Source: an uncultured Bacteroidales bacterium
GTDB lineage: Bacteria > Bacteroidota > Bacteroidia > Bacteroidales > JAIPAH01
Assembly (NCBI GenBank): GCA_964345255.1
Contig: CAYFQK010000001.1
Location: 1-48,595 of the forward strand
Length of the DNA stretch: 48,595 bases
Direction of reading: 5' to 3'
Shown here: piece after piece, positions 8,487 to 18,732 of the stretch
Layout: each line of letters opens with the position of its first letter
Numbering within the stretch: position 1 is the stretch's first letter
The notes under the pieces: model-generated
What the model was told of the DNA's origin: nothing
Databases searched by the model: none
What the model saw: only the letters and a program-made list of their open reading frames with translations
Translations under genes and position numbers: made by a program

Positions 8487-11400
8487 TCACCCGGGTTTAT
8501 CGCGCGTTTCGGGCTGGCTGCGAAAACGCTGATCATTGAGGTAGGAGAAAAATCCTACGACAATAATAGTTGCTACAACATAATATACGAATACCGGCAC
8601 CGGTACCGGGTCTCCCTTAGCATAGGAGTGAAGTCCGGATAAATAGTAATTGACTCCAAAATAGGTCATGATAATGGAGCCGAAGCCAATGACTGAAGCC
8701 ATATTAAACGTGTAACGGCTTTTCAGCCCGGGCATCATGCGCATGTGAACTATGAAAGCATATACCAGCACCGAGACCAGAGCCCATGTTTCTTTCGGGT
8801 CCCAGCCCCAATAACGGCCCCATGACTCATTAGCCCAAACACCTCCCAAAAAGGTTCCGATAGTGAGCATGTATAACCCTATCGTCAGTGTCATCTCGTT
8901 GATATTGGTCAGGTGTCCGATACGCGTATCTATAAGCGCCACGTTCTTTTCAGTTTTAAACAAATTAAGCAGTAATGACAAAAATCCCAGCAATGCTCCC
9001 AGAGCAAAAAAGCCATAACTGGCGGTGATTATAGATACGTGAATGGTTAGCCAGTATGATTTTAGCACAGGAACCAGGTTCGTAATCTCCGGATCCATCC
9101 ACGACAGATGGGCAACCATCAGGATTATGGATGAAAGCACCGCTGTTGCCGCCATAGTGATAGGAGACCGTTTAACAAATATCACACCTGCCAGCATGGT
9201 GGCAAAGGCGATGTAAATCATCGACTCATATCCATTGCTCCAGGGGGCGTGACCGGAGAGATACCAGCGCCAGCCAAGGCCGATGATATGCAGAACAAAG
9301 AGTGTACTGATAAGCCCCAAGAAAATTCGCACCGGCCATTTTAGTTGGTAGCGGGATAGGATGCGAATAAAAAGCATGATTAACAACACAAAGCCAAGCA
9401 AACCATAGGCCTGACCTAGTTTAAGAAAAATATTGGCATTGTTATACCAAATTTCTGCTTCAAGCTTTGATTCGGGTGGAATAATCTCTTCCCCGTATTT
9501 ATACTGGTAGTTTTTGATCCCCTCCAGATATTCCGTGGCCTGAGAATAATCTCCGGAATTATTTCCCTCCAAAACAGCCGAGAGGTATAATCCGAATATA
9601 TTACTTACAAAAACCGAATCATCTTCGGGCATCCTGAGATTTTGTGCTTTAGGCGTATACCAGGAATGGTGAATATCGCCGGGCTTGGGAAATATTTTTA
9701 AAAACTGCCCCAGCGTGGCCATATAAAAGATGTTTACCCGTTCATCCACCCTAATTAATTCCTTATCAAATTGATTTCTTGCTGCTGGTTTCTTGCTATG
9801 GGCCTGCTCCACCTGTTGCCTTATGAGGTATTGACCTTTCCGCTCATCAACAAAATCAGTAAAAGCAGCATAATCACCTTCAATACCGAGCAGCTCTTTA
9901 AGGGCATCGTGCCCTACTTTTATCATAGGAACCCGCTTCCATTTCTCAGGCTGGCTGATGATGCCCAGGAACACCTGGTCGGAGTGCAAGCCCCGAAAGC
10001 TGGTTTTTCGGGTAATTTTTCTTATTATTTCATTTCCCAGCGTATTCATGGGCTCTACACGTCCCTGCTTATCCTGCACCAGTAGCCTGCCAAAGCTCCT
10101 GGCATGATCGTAATCTACTGTTTTCAGCCCATTTTGCGACTGGACACCGGTAAGCCCACTGATGGTCAATAGCCCTATTAACACCACCGACTTTGTGGTT
10201 TGACTGAGTTGATTCGTTCGCCTGACCAGCGATTGAAAACGGCTGTTTTTGTTAAAAATTGAGGCGAGCATCCCCAGCGACATCAAAAAGTAGCCGATGT
10301 AGGTCACAATGGTTCCCGGCAAATCGTGATTTACCGACAAAATGGTTCCCTTTTCGTCCTGGTCGTAGGACGACTGGTAAAATCTATACCCCCGGTGCTT
10401 TAAGACGTTGTTCATGTATATATGTCGTGACTCACGAATATTTTTCCCTTCATCTATCAATACGACTTTACTCTCAAAGGATGAGGGGCTTTGAGAACCG
10501 GGATATCGCTCCAGAATAAAATCATTGAGCTTAATTGAAAAGGGCAGTACTCTCTCTTTCGCCCCATAGGCAAGGTCAATTTCAGCCCCGTCCAGTAGGA
10601 GGCTGGAAGGAATACCTTTAGCGCCTTTTGAACCTCTAACGATTACCTCTTTCTGCTTTTTGCCTGAAGTTACACGAAATCGCATTACGTCGGCATATTG
10701 CTGCTGTGTGGTCTTAGCCGGGCGAAAAGAAATTGTAGCTGAAGGGTAAAACTGTTCCAGGGAAATTTGTATGTTCGTGCCAATTCTCACTAACTTCCCA
10801 TCAGTAAAGGGCACCTGATCCCGCGGACCATATTGCTTTTTACCAGCCTGCATGTCGATTACTGTCAATGAATCCGGCGCTTGGAGTAAAACCTGGTTAT
10901 CACCGGTTACCTTGAAATTAAAGGCATCCTGCCGGTTGGTGTTTAACCCAAAACGGTAGCCGGCAATATCACGAGTCTCACCGGCTCTGACGTAGGTGAG
11001 CTGTTTTCCACGATTTTGTATTATCTGGAAAGTCAGGATGGGATCTCCGTCCGGTGACTGGGTGAGGGACTCCATAGCGTTGGGAACATATTTTAAAAGT
11101 TCAAAGCGATAGGACTTATCATTGAACGTATAGCTCCCGGAAAAATCATTGCTCAAACCGTCGGCAAAAGTCACCTGCTCTGTAATCTTCTTCGCACTTT
11201 CCCCTTCACTAAAATTAAATTTCAGATACGAATTGTAAGTGCGGATAATATTGGATTTTTCGTTTTCACGGATATGCATAGACCCTTCAAAACCAAGATA
11301 GCGCGTTATGGCAGCTCCCAGCAAGATGATGATGAATGAGAGGTGGAACAGTAAAACAGTGAGTTTCGATTTCCTCAGCATGTTATAAACTACAAAACTT

Positions 11401-11591
11401 CCTATCAGGTTAACTGTCAGAAGCAGCAAAAGAATCTCAAACCATGCAGTATCATAAACAAGGGCTCTTGCAGTGGCTGTAGTGTAATCGTTTTCAATGA
11501 AAGTAGCCACGCCAATGGCGATAGCAAAAATGAGGATAAGAATCCCCATGAGTCTTATAGAAAATAAAAAATAGATTGCTTTTTTTAACAT
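8487..11591 (-). CDS. ccsBA: Fused system II cytochrome c biogenesis protein CcsBA (ResB-like N-terminus plus CcsA haem-handling C-terminus)
   Basis: 1034 aa and polytopic. The C-terminal part has the WWD-type motif WANESWGRYWGWDPKETWAL. The N-terminal two-thirds have ResB-like topology with a large soluble loop. Confidence 0.85.
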   Translation of the reverse strand: MLKKAIYFLFSIRLMGILILIFAIAIGVATFIENDYTTATARALVYDTAWFEILLLLLTVNLIGSFVVYNMLRKSKLTVLLFHLSFIIILLGAAITRYLGFEGSMHIRENEKSNIIRTYNSYLKFNFSEGESAKKITEQVTFADGLSNDFSGSYTFNDKSYRFELLKYVPNAMESLTQSPDGDPILTFQIIQNRGKQLTYVRAGETRDIAGYRFGLNTNRQDAFNFKVTGDNQVLLQAPDSLTVIDMQAGKKQYGPRDQVPFTDGKLVRIGTNIQISLEQFYPSATISFRPAKTTQQQYADVMRFRVTSGKKQKEVIVRGSKGAKGIPSSLLLDGAEIDLAYGAKERVLPFSIKLNDFILERYPGSQSPSSFESKVVLIDEGKNIRESRHIYMNNVLKHRGYRFYQSSYDQDEKGTILSVNHDLPGTIVTYIGYFLMSLGMLASIFNKNSRFQSLVRRTNQLSQTTKSVVLIGLLTISGLTGVQSQNGLKTVDYDHARSFGRLLVQDKQGRVEPMNTLGNEIIRKITRKTSFRGLHSDQVFLGIISQPEKWKRVPMIKVGHDALKELLGIEGDYAAFTDFVDERKGQYLIRQQVEQAHSKKPAARNQFDKELIRVDERVNIFYMATLGQFLKIFPKPGDIHHSWYTPKAQNLRMPEDDSVFVSNIFGLYLSAVLEGNNSGDYSQATEYLEGIKNYQYKYGEEIIPPESKLEAEIWYNNANIFLKLGQAYGLLGFVLLIMLFIRILSRYQLKWPVRIFLGLISTLFVLHIIGLGWRWYLSGHAPWSNGYESMIYIAFATMLAGVIFVKRSPITMAATAVLSSIILMVAHLSWMDPEITNLVPVLKSYWLTIHVSIITASYGFFALGALLGFLSLLLNLFKTEKNVALIDTRIGHLTNINEMTLTIGLYMLTIGTFLGGVWANESWGRYWGWDPKETWALVSVLVYAFIVHMRMMPGLKSRYTFNMASVIGFGSIIMTYFGVNYYLSGLHSYAKGDPVPVPVFVYYVVATIIVVGFFSYLNDQRFRSQPETRDKPG

Positions 11592-11774
11592 AATTAGATT
11601 TTTAGATAAAACAGGGCTTAAAACTATGAAAAAAAATTTATTATTTGTATATTGAACCCAAACAACGTTCTCACATAATTAGTTCATAACAAGGAATAGT
11701 TAAATATTTGTTAAAACGATTATGCTTGGGGGTAAACAGCAAAATAATTTGTTTTATAAAAAAACTATTAACGT

Positions 11775-12569
11775 ATGAAAAACTTTTACGCTTTATCATT
11801 AATTGCCGTTTCCATAGTAACTTACTTTGCGTTAACTTCAGGAATCGAGCGAAGCACAGGTTCTCCGGGAGGAAAGTCAGGTTCCCCCGGCGACAATGGC
11901 TCTACCTGCACACAATGTCATAACGGAACCCCCTCACAGGTTGATGACTGGATAACGAGTGATATTCCGAACAACGGATTTATTCCGGGAGAGACATACA
12001 CTATAACTGCGGAACTTTCGGACGATGAGGCCGAAAGAATGGGCTTTGAGCTTACGGCCGAAGATAACCAGGGAAACAAAATGGGAACATTCACCATCAC
12101 TGATGCCACCGAAACACAGTATACAAACAACGATGATGCGGTAACGCACACTATCGATGGCATTGACCCCTCCGGCGGAACCAAAAGCTGGTCGGCTGAT
12201 TGGACGGCTCCCGAAAACCCGGCCAGTGAAGTCACCTTTTATGCGGCTTTTAATGCAGCCAATGGCGACGGTGGTACTTCAGGAGACAATATTTTCACCT
12301 CTGATCTTACAGCTGATATCAATAGCGTAGGAATTACCGAAAACACATCCATAAACAGGATGTATCCCAATCCGGCAAAAGATTTTATAAAAGTTGAATT
12401 TATTCAATCTGAACCGCGCAAAATTGATATCATCAGCGTGCAGGGAGCTGTGGTCAAATCGCTCTCAACGGACCGAAAGGAATTAAAAATTTCTGTGGAA
12501 GGATTGAAAGAGGGCGTTTATTTCCTGAAAGAAGGAGACTCATCACTAAAGAGATTCTTAGTTTTATAA
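11775..12569 (+). CDS. Secreted CXXCH-motif protein (reeler-like beta-sandwich) with a T9SS C-terminal sorting domain
   Basis: Signal or anchor segment, then SPGGKSGSPGDNGSTCTQCHNG (CTQCH at 11907-11921), GFELTA...WSADWTAP...FYAAFNAANGDG, and a C-terminal MYPNPAKDFIKVEF...GVYFLK CTD. Confidence 0.6.
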   Translation: MKNFYALSLIAVSIVTYFALTSGIERSTGSPGGKSGSPGDNGSTCTQCHNGTPSQVDDWITSDIPNNGFIPGETYTITAELSDDEAERMGFELTAEDNQGNKMGTFTITDATETQYTNNDDAVTHTIDGIDPSGGTKSWSADWTAPENPASEVTFYAAFNAANGDGGTSGDNIFTSDLTADINSVGITENTSINRMYPNPAKDFIKVEFIQSEPRKIDIISVQGAVVKSLSTDRKELKISVEGLKEGVYFLKEGDSSLKRFLVL

Positions 12570-12585
12570 CCCTGCGGAGATAAAC

Positions 12586-12625
12586 AAAAAACCCGGTGCT
12601 TTCAAAAAAAAGCACCGGTTTTTTT
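12586..12625. terminator. Bidirectional rho-independent terminator between convergent genes
   Basis: CCGGTGCT (12593-12600) pairs with AGCACCGG (12611-12618). An A-run lies upstream and a T-run downstream. Confidence 0.75.
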
Positions 12626-12643
12626 CATTTCAGGGCGTTTATG

Positions 12644-13477
12644 TTAGCACTCATCACAATTCAGGCTTTTGTTATACATATGCATGGCCCGTTTGCTCAT
12701 ACCCATGCTGGAGAATCCTCCATCGTGATATAGGTTCTGCATAGTTACTTTGCGGGTCAGATCGGAAAACAACGTAATACAATAATCGGCCAGGTCGTCT
12801 GCGGTGGCATTTCCCAGCGGCGACATGCGCGAGGTAAAATCCATCAGGCCCTGAAACCCTTTTACACCACTTCCTGCAGTAGTCGGGGTGGGGGACTGCG
12901 ATATGGTATTTATTCTCACATTTTTTTCTCTTCCGTAGATGTAACCAAAACTACGGGCGATAGATTCCAGTAGCGCTTTAGCTTCAGCCATATCGTTGTA
13001 TTCGAAGAGCGTGCGCTGGGCAGCAATGTATGAAAGCCCCACAATCGAGCTCCATTCGTTTAGCGCATCCATTTGTTTGGCTGCTTGAATAATTTTATGA
13101 AAAGAAATTGCAGAAATATCAATAGTTTGAACAAATCTTTCATAATCCAGCTTGTCGTATGGTATCTTTTTTCTGACATTGGGAGACATGCCTATTGAAT
13201 GCAGGATAAAATCAAACTTGCCATCAAATTGCTCTATGGCTTTATTGTAGACATTTTTTATGTCCTCGACTTTTGTTGCGTCGGCAGCAATTACCTGGGT
13301 ATTGAGCTCTTCGGCCAGGGTCTCAATAGTCCCCATACGAATAGCTACCGCCGTATTCGAAAGAATAACCTCAGCGCCTTCCTCGTAAGCACGCCTGGCA
13401 ATCTTCCAGGCCATGGAATTTTCATTCAAAGCCCCGAATACAATACCCTTTTTTCCTTTAAGTAAGTTGTAAGACAT
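12644..13477 (-). CDS. fabI: Enoyl-[acyl-carrier-protein] reductase (NADH), FabI
   Basis: LKGKKGIVFGALNENSMAWKIA is a Rossmann motif of FabI type. SDR-like body, 277 aa. Confidence 0.85.
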   Translation of the reverse strand: MSYNLLKGKKGIVFGALNENSMAWKIARRAYEEGAEVILSNTAVAIRMGTIETLAEELNTQVIAADATKVEDIKNVYNKAIEQFDGKFDFILHSIGMSPNVRKKIPYDKLDYERFVQTIDISAISFHKIIQAAKQMDALNEWSSIVGLSYIAAQRTLFEYNDMAEAKALLESIARSFGYIYGREKNVRINTISQSPTPTTAGSGVKGFQGLMDFTSRMSPLGNATADDLADYCITLFSDLTRKVTMQNLYHDGGFSSMGMSKRAMHMYNKSLNCDEC

Positions 13478-13509
13478 ATCTCTGTTTATTATTTAATTAT
13501 CAGTATCGT

Positions 13510-15162
13510 TTATTTAAGCAATTCCCTTGCTGTCTGTATTGCAGCACTTGTTACTGTGTCGTCACTAAGCATTTTCGCCAGCTCCTGAACCTGCTCATTG
13601 CCTGACAACCTGCGAATATGCGAAAAAGTTTTTTCTTCTCCCACATCTTTGTATACAAATAAGTGGTCATTACTTTTACTGGCAATTTGAGGCAAGTGTG
13701 TGATAGCTATCACCTGCATTTCAGCTGCCATCTTTTTAAGAATTTCGCCTACTTTTCCTGCGATATCACCTGAAACTCCGCTGTCTATCTCGTCGAAAAT
13801 GATCGTAGGCAATAACGTTCTTTTGGCTATAAGTGACTTCACAGCCAGCATCAGCCGCGACAGCTCCCCCCCTGAAGCTATTTTTGATATCTCCTGCTCC
13901 CGGATTCCTTTATTTGCTGTAAAAAGAAATGTGATACGGTCCAGTCCCTCCGGAGTAAACTTCTCCAGACTCTCCTGCTTCACTTTAAAGCCCGCGTCGG
14001 GCATGCCTAATTTTGTCAGGGTGTTCTTAATTTCTTCTTCGATTTTAGGAATGCTTGTTTTTCTTTGCTCACTGAGCGTTGTAGCCAGAGCGGTTAGTTC
14101 TTTCTCAAGGCGCTCTATTTCGCTTTTAACAGCTTCAATCTGTTCATCAAGCGAAGAAATATTACTAAGGTTTTGCTGTAATTCATTTTTTCTCTCAATC
14201 AACTCTTCTATCGAGTTGACCCTGTGTTTTTGTTCCAGTTCGTAAACCAGGTTGAGGCGCTCATTCAATTCTTCAGCTTTTGAGGGATCGTGAGTGATAT
14301 CTTCGGCGAGGGCAGACATTTCTGTGGCCAAATCCTCCAGTTCTATCAGCGCGCTATTAAGTCTTTCACTAATGGCAGTCAGGTTTTGATGGTGCGAGGC
14401 AGCATCGCTCAACTTGTTATAGATGCTTCTTAGTTGTTCCACAACATTTGCCTCGGATGAAGACACTACTTCATATCCTTCAAGAAGGGCTGACTTTATG
14501 GATTCAGCATGATTCTGAAGATCGAGTTCTTCTTCAATTTCTGTTTGCTCCCCTTCCTTCAACCCGGCTTTTTCCAGTTCGTCAAAAAGAAACTGGTAAT
14601 AGTCCTGGTCTGCTTTGGCCTGGTTTTCCTCCTGCAGCAGTTCGCTTAACTCGGCCTGCTTTTGCTTATAGCGGTGGTAAGAGGCCCGATAGTCAGCCAG
14701 CAACTGTTGATGGCCTGCAAAATTATCCACCACGGCCATCTGAACATCCGACTTATTAAGGGTTAGCGTACGGTTTTGAGAATGTATGTCGACCAAAGCC
14801 TCCCCGATTTCCTTCATAAGCGGGAGTTTGACAGGCGTATCATTTATAAATGCTCTGGACTTACCCTGGCGGCTTATCTCGCGTCTTAGTATCAATACTT
14901 GTTCATAATCGAGGTCATGCTCATCAAAAAAATCTTTCAACTGATAGGCAGAGATATCAAAATGGCCTTCTACAACGCATTTTCGTGAAGGATCATTCAG
15001 CACATTCGTTTCCGCCCTGTTTCCCAGGATAAGCGATAAGGCCCCCAGCAGAATAGATTTGCCGGCGCCGGTTTCACCTGTGATGGCAGTGAATCCTTTA
15101 CTCAGGTCAATGTCCAGTTCCCTGATAAGGGCGTAATTCTCTATGGAGAGATGCAAAAGCAT
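13510..15162 (-). CDS. recN: DNA repair protein RecN
   Basis: MLLHLSIENYALI...GETGAGKSILLGAL Walker A, a long coiled-coil middle, ASGGELSRLMLA signature and IIFDEIDSG Walker B. Confidence 0.9.
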   Translation of the reverse strand: MLLHLSIENYALIRELDIDLSKGFTAITGETGAGKSILLGALSLILGNRAETNVLNDPSRKCVVEGHFDISAYQLKDFFDEHDLDYEQVLILRREISRQGKSRAFINDTPVKLPLMKEIGEALVDIHSQNRTLTLNKSDVQMAVVDNFAGHQQLLADYRASYHRYKQKQAELSELLQEENQAKADQDYYQFLFDELEKAGLKEGEQTEIEEELDLQNHAESIKSALLEGYEVVSSSEANVVEQLRSIYNKLSDAASHHQNLTAISERLNSALIELEDLATEMSALAEDITHDPSKAEELNERLNLVYELEQKHRVNSIEELIERKNELQQNLSNISSLDEQIEAVKSEIERLEKELTALATTLSEQRKTSIPKIEEEIKNTLTKLGMPDAGFKVKQESLEKFTPEGLDRITFLFTANKGIREQEISKIASGGELSRLMLAVKSLIAKRTLLPTIIFDEIDSGVSGDIAGKVGEILKKMAAEMQVIAITHLPQIASKSNDHLFVYKDVGEEKTFSHIRRLSGNEQVQELAKMLSDDTVTSAAIQTARELLK

Positions 15163-15263
15163 ATCGTAAATATTTTAACCTAAACAAAAGTATAAAAATA
15201 TCTTTACTGGCTTAGTAACGTAATCTGTTTGTTACCAACAAAGGTCATAGACAGCAGCAGGCG

Positions 15264-16169
15264 CTAATCTTCCTGCATAATCTTATCATAGCTGCTGGAA
15301 TTGGCCGGATCAATTTCTTTAAGAATATTGACAGCTTTGTTTTTTTGCATACTGGAAGCCTGCTTGTAAATATTGATCAGTTCGTCTGATTTGGTTTCAA
15401 TAAACAGCTGCAGAATAAAAAGATTCGGCCGCTGCTGATTCACCTTCTCCAAAAGTTCCAGTGCTTCAGTTATTTTAGAGCGCCCCATTTCAAGATTATC
15501 CTGCATCTTATCCAACCCTTCTCGGTGGTATATGTAGGAAGCTTCGCGCGCGCCCGCATAACTATTGTTAAGGTGGTTTTCTATAAGCCAGTAACGGTTT
15601 TTTCTGCTCTCAAAAGATTTCCACCCTCTGCGGTTCGAGCTTTGAGCAAGGCTCATTACGTTGTTGGCTTTTTCCAGGAAAGGGGTTCCACCGAATTTTT
15701 TAAAGCTATCAAAATCAAGTCCAATGATGAAGTAGGCGTAAAAGCCCAGCAGCGATGAGAGATTCGACGAAAAGGAATTCTCATTAAAGTCAATAGATTG
15801 CTGCTCTATATAATCAAATTCAATGTCTTTATCTACCCAGTTAAAGAGCGGAGTCTTATACGAAGCGCCAAAAACCGGCCGCTCAACCACTATATTCAAC
15901 TTACCGGAAAACTCATCCGGACGATTCCAGTTTGTGATGGTAAACAGTAAGGTGCATTCAATGCGCTCGCCCACTTTGTATTGATAATTGGTAAAACTCT
16001 TATTATTCATGAACTCGAAGATGGACTTCTGCAGGGCTTCAAAAACGCGCTTATCCGTACCTTCTACCTGTTGTGAATTTACCCGCACATTACAATCCAA
16101 CTCCTGAGAGGAAACCAGGTTGGATGAAAATATAATGACAAAGAGTCCGAGAATAAATTTTAGTCTCAT
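15264..16169 (-). CDS. DUF4835-family secreted protein (some annotations call it T9SS-associated PorD; I am not sure of that name)
   Basis: Signal peptide, 301 aa. It sits in the characteristic Bacteroidota position between coaBC and recN. Its ATG overlaps the coaBC stop (TAATG at 16167-16171, minus strand). Confidence 0.65.
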   Translation of the reverse strand: MRLKFILGLFVIIFSSNLVSSQELDCNVRVNSQQVEGTDKRVFEALQKSIFEFMNNKSFTNYQYKVGERIECTLLFTITNWNRPDEFSGKLNIVVERPVFGASYKTPLFNWVDKDIEFDYIEQQSIDFNENSFSSNLSSLLGFYAYFIIGLDFDSFKKFGGTPFLEKANNVMSLAQSSNRRGWKSFESRKNRYWLIENHLNNSYAGAREASYIYHREGLDKMQDNLEMGRSKITEALELLEKVNQQRPNLFILQLFIETKSDELINIYKQASSMQKNKAVNILKEIDPANSSSYDKIMQED

Positions 16170-17371
16170 TATCCGAATATTTTTTTAGCTACTTCGTCGA
16201 CGATATCGGCTGCTACTTCTTCTTTTGTTTTCATGTCAAATGCTTTGCTATGACCATCCCGGCTGAATATTTTTATCTTGTTGGTGTCTCCGCCAAAGCC
16301 AGCTCCTTTTTCCAAAGCTGAGTTTAAAACGAGCATATCTGCCTTTTTATTTTGAAGCTTAGCTAAAGCATTTTTTTCATGGTCTTCTGTCTCCAGGGCA
16401 AAACCTACCAAAAATTGCCGGTCTTTAATCTCTCCCATTTTTTTTAGAATATCTTTTGTAGGGACCAGATCAAGTTCGTGATGAGCAGATTTTTTCTTTA
16501 TCTTTTCCTGCGCCGGTTTACTAACGGTATAGTCAGCCACAGCAGCAGCCATCACAACAATATCGCACTCATTAAAAGCACCGGTTACTTCCTCATACAT
16601 TTCTGTTGCCGACGTAATATTGTGGGTTGTGATATTGGCATGATTTGTCTTAAGAGCGGTAGGGCCTGATACGAGAAGTACTTCAGCTCCTTCATCAGCA
16701 AACTGACCGGCAATGGCATAGCCCATCTTTCCGGAGGAGTAGTTTCCTATAAACCTCACCGGATCGATATTTTCATAGGTAGGCCCTGCTGTTACGAGGA
16801 CTTTCTTACCCTTGAAGCGTTGTTTTCTCAAAAAAAAATCCACTATTTTTTCAAGAATTACTGAGGGCTCCTCCATTCTTCCCACTCCTGCCAAACCGCT
16901 GGCCAGCTCTCCGGATTGAGGCTGAATAAGCCGGTTTCCTCTTTCAACAAGTTTATTCACATTTTCCTGCGTGCTGGCATGTTTATACATATCCAAATCC
17001 ATGGCCGGGGCAAACATCACCGGACAGGTTGCCGCAAGGTAGGTGGTAACCACCAGGTTATCGGCTATGCCATTTACCATCTTCGCCATGGTGTTGGCCG
17101 ATAACGGCGCTACGATATAGAGGTCAGCCCACGTTCCAAGGTCTACATGACTATCCCATTCACCCGTCTCAGGATTGTATGGTCTGGAATGCACCGGATG
17201 ATTAGATACGGTAGAGAGCGTGAGAGGGGTTACAAAATCTTTGGCGACCTCCGTCATGATCACATGCACGTCGGCACCTTCCTTCACCAGGAATCGTACC
17301 AGGTAAGGGACTTTGTAAGCAGCGATACTGCCGGTTATACCCAGCAGTATTTTTTTCCCTTCAAGTCTCAT
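16169..17371 (-). CDS. coaBC: Bifunctional phosphopantothenoylcysteine decarboxylase / phosphopantothenate-cysteine ligase
   Basis: KKILLGITGSIAAYK flavoprotein N-domain, and a C-domain with TAGPTYENIDPVRFIGNYSSGKMG. Confidence 0.9.
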   Translation of the reverse strand: MRLEGKKILLGITGSIAAYKVPYLVRFLVKEGADVHVIMTEVAKDFVTPLTLSTVSNHPVHSRPYNPETGEWDSHVDLGTWADLYIVAPLSANTMAKMVNGIADNLVVTTYLAATCPVMFAPAMDLDMYKHASTQENVNKLVERGNRLIQPQSGELASGLAGVGRMEEPSVILEKIVDFFLRKQRFKGKKVLVTAGPTYENIDPVRFIGNYSSGKMGYAIAGQFADEGAEVLLVSGPTALKTNHANITTHNITSATEMYEEVTGAFNECDIVVMAAAVADYTVSKPAQEKIKKKSAHHELDLVPTKDILKKMGEIKDRQFLVGFALETEDHEKNALAKLQNKKADMLVLNSALEKGAGFGGDTNKIKIFSRDGHSKAFDMKTKEEVAADIVDEVAKKIFG

Positions 17372-17383
17372 GATTCAGGAAGT

Positions 17384-17722
17384 TTATTGGTTCGTGTCTT
17401 CTTCCTCTTTGGCCGGGTTGCGGTAATATATTTCCCCTTCCAGGAATTCCTGAACGGCAATTAAGGTTGGCTTGGGGAGTTTTTCATAAAACCGGGCAAT
17501 TTCTATTTGCTCGCGGTTTTCAAAAACTTCTTCGAGATTATCACTGGGTGTGGCAAAATCTTCTATTTTTTGATTCAGCTCTTCTTTTATGTCCAAAGCC
17601 ACCTGGTTTGCCCTCTTTGAGAGTACTACCGTCGTTTCGTAAATATTGTTGGTTCCCCGTGAAAATGCTTCCACATTACGTGTAACTGCTTCTGAGGGTG
17701 CTTTTACCTTTTTATAATCCAT
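17384..17722 (-). CDS. rpoZ: DNA-directed RNA polymerase subunit omega (Bacteroidota long form)
   Basis: NIYETTVVLSKRANQV...LEEVFENREQIEIARFYEKLPKPTLIAVQEFL matches the flavobacterial/Bacteroides RpoZ pattern. It also has the usual position between bamD and coaBC. Confidence 0.75.
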   Translation of the reverse strand: MDYKKVKAPSEAVTRNVEAFSRGTNNIYETTVVLSKRANQVALDIKEELNQKIEDFATPSDNLEEVFENREQIEIARFYEKLPKPTLIAVQEFLEGEIYYRNPAKEEEDTNQ

Positions 17723-17764
17723 GCTTAGTTATAATTTTTTTGCAAAGATAATGTTTTCTGAGTT

Positions 17765-18559
17765 TTACTCCGATAAAAAACTTGTTGCTTCCCGGTACAT
17801 GTCTTTAGCTTTGCTTTTATATTCGCTGTCCGGGTAATAAGTCATCAGCCTGTCGTATGCTTCAATGGCATTTTGGTACCGTTCCATCTGCTTGGAAGGG
17901 ATGCTGTTTTTGGCATAAATGTAATGTGATTCCAAAATTTTAAATAAGGCTTCCTCGCGATATTTGGTGTCAGGATATTTTTCAAGAAGATTTTTATAGG
18001 TAACAACGGCGCCCTCATAATTCTCCATGTTGTGATATAGCTCGGCCTTTTTATAAATCTTTTTCTCCATCTTGGTGCGGAGTTCATCAATCAGATTATT
18101 TACCCTGTCTATTCTGTCGCTGTTGGGGTATTTGTTTGCAAAAGCCTGCAACTGCTTTATCGCTTCTTTGGTTTTGGTTTGATCCAGACTATAACGGGGC
18201 GATTGAAGGTATTTACAATAAGCTGCCATGAATTCGGTTTCCTCCGCGCGCTCGCTTTGAGGAAAATTCGACGCATACTTTTTGAAATAGTAGCTAGCCA
18301 TTACATAATCCTCCTGGTTGTAGTAGCTGTAGGCATAATAGTAGAACAGATCTTCAGCCTCTTCTTTTCCTCTGTAAACAGGGATAACCTGGTCAAAAAG
18401 CTGTAAAGCCCGGTAATAATCGCCTTCATTGTATAGCTCTACGGCTTTTTCATACTTTTTTTCGTAGTCGTCGCTTTTCAGCAATTTTTGGTAGTCGCTG
18501 CATCCAAATAAAAATGCTGTGCCGAGCAGTAGTGAAATTATTGTCCATTTACGAATCAT
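17765..18559 (-). CDS. bamD: Outer membrane protein assembly factor BamD (TPR lipoprotein)
   Basis: Lipobox-like LLGTAFLFGCSD. TPR-like repeats (YYRALQLFDQV, YPNSDRIDRV, YPDSEYKSKA). 264 aa. Confidence 0.8.
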   Translation of the reverse strand: MIRKWTIISLLLGTAFLFGCSDYQKLLKSDDYEKKYEKAVELYNEGDYYRALQLFDQVIPVYRGKEEAEDLFYYYAYSYYNQEDYVMASYYFKKYASNFPQSERAEETEFMAAYCKYLQSPRYSLDQTKTKEAIKQLQAFANKYPNSDRIDRVNNLIDELRTKMEKKIYKKAELYHNMENYEGAVVTYKNLLEKYPDTKYREEALFKILESHYIYAKNSIPSKQMERYQNAIEAYDRLMTYYPDSEYKSKAKDMYREATSFLSE

Positions 18560-18684
18560 GCGGCAAAAATAGAATAATTGAAGTAATTATAAAATCCTGA
18601 TGAAAATTATATTCTTGAGTATGTGAACCTTTTAACAATAATTAACACCGCTGGAACATGGCATTCCAAAACATAAAAGTTTAT

Positions 18685-18692
18685 TAACTTTG
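18685..18692 (+). promoter_or_regulatory. Bacteroidota -7 promoter box (TAnnTTTG)
   Basis: TAACTTTG lies 41 nt upstream of the ATG at 18733. Confidence 0.4.
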
Positions 18693-18732
18693 CTGATTGT
18701 GAATTCAGCGAGGTAAAATTATACGCTTTAAT

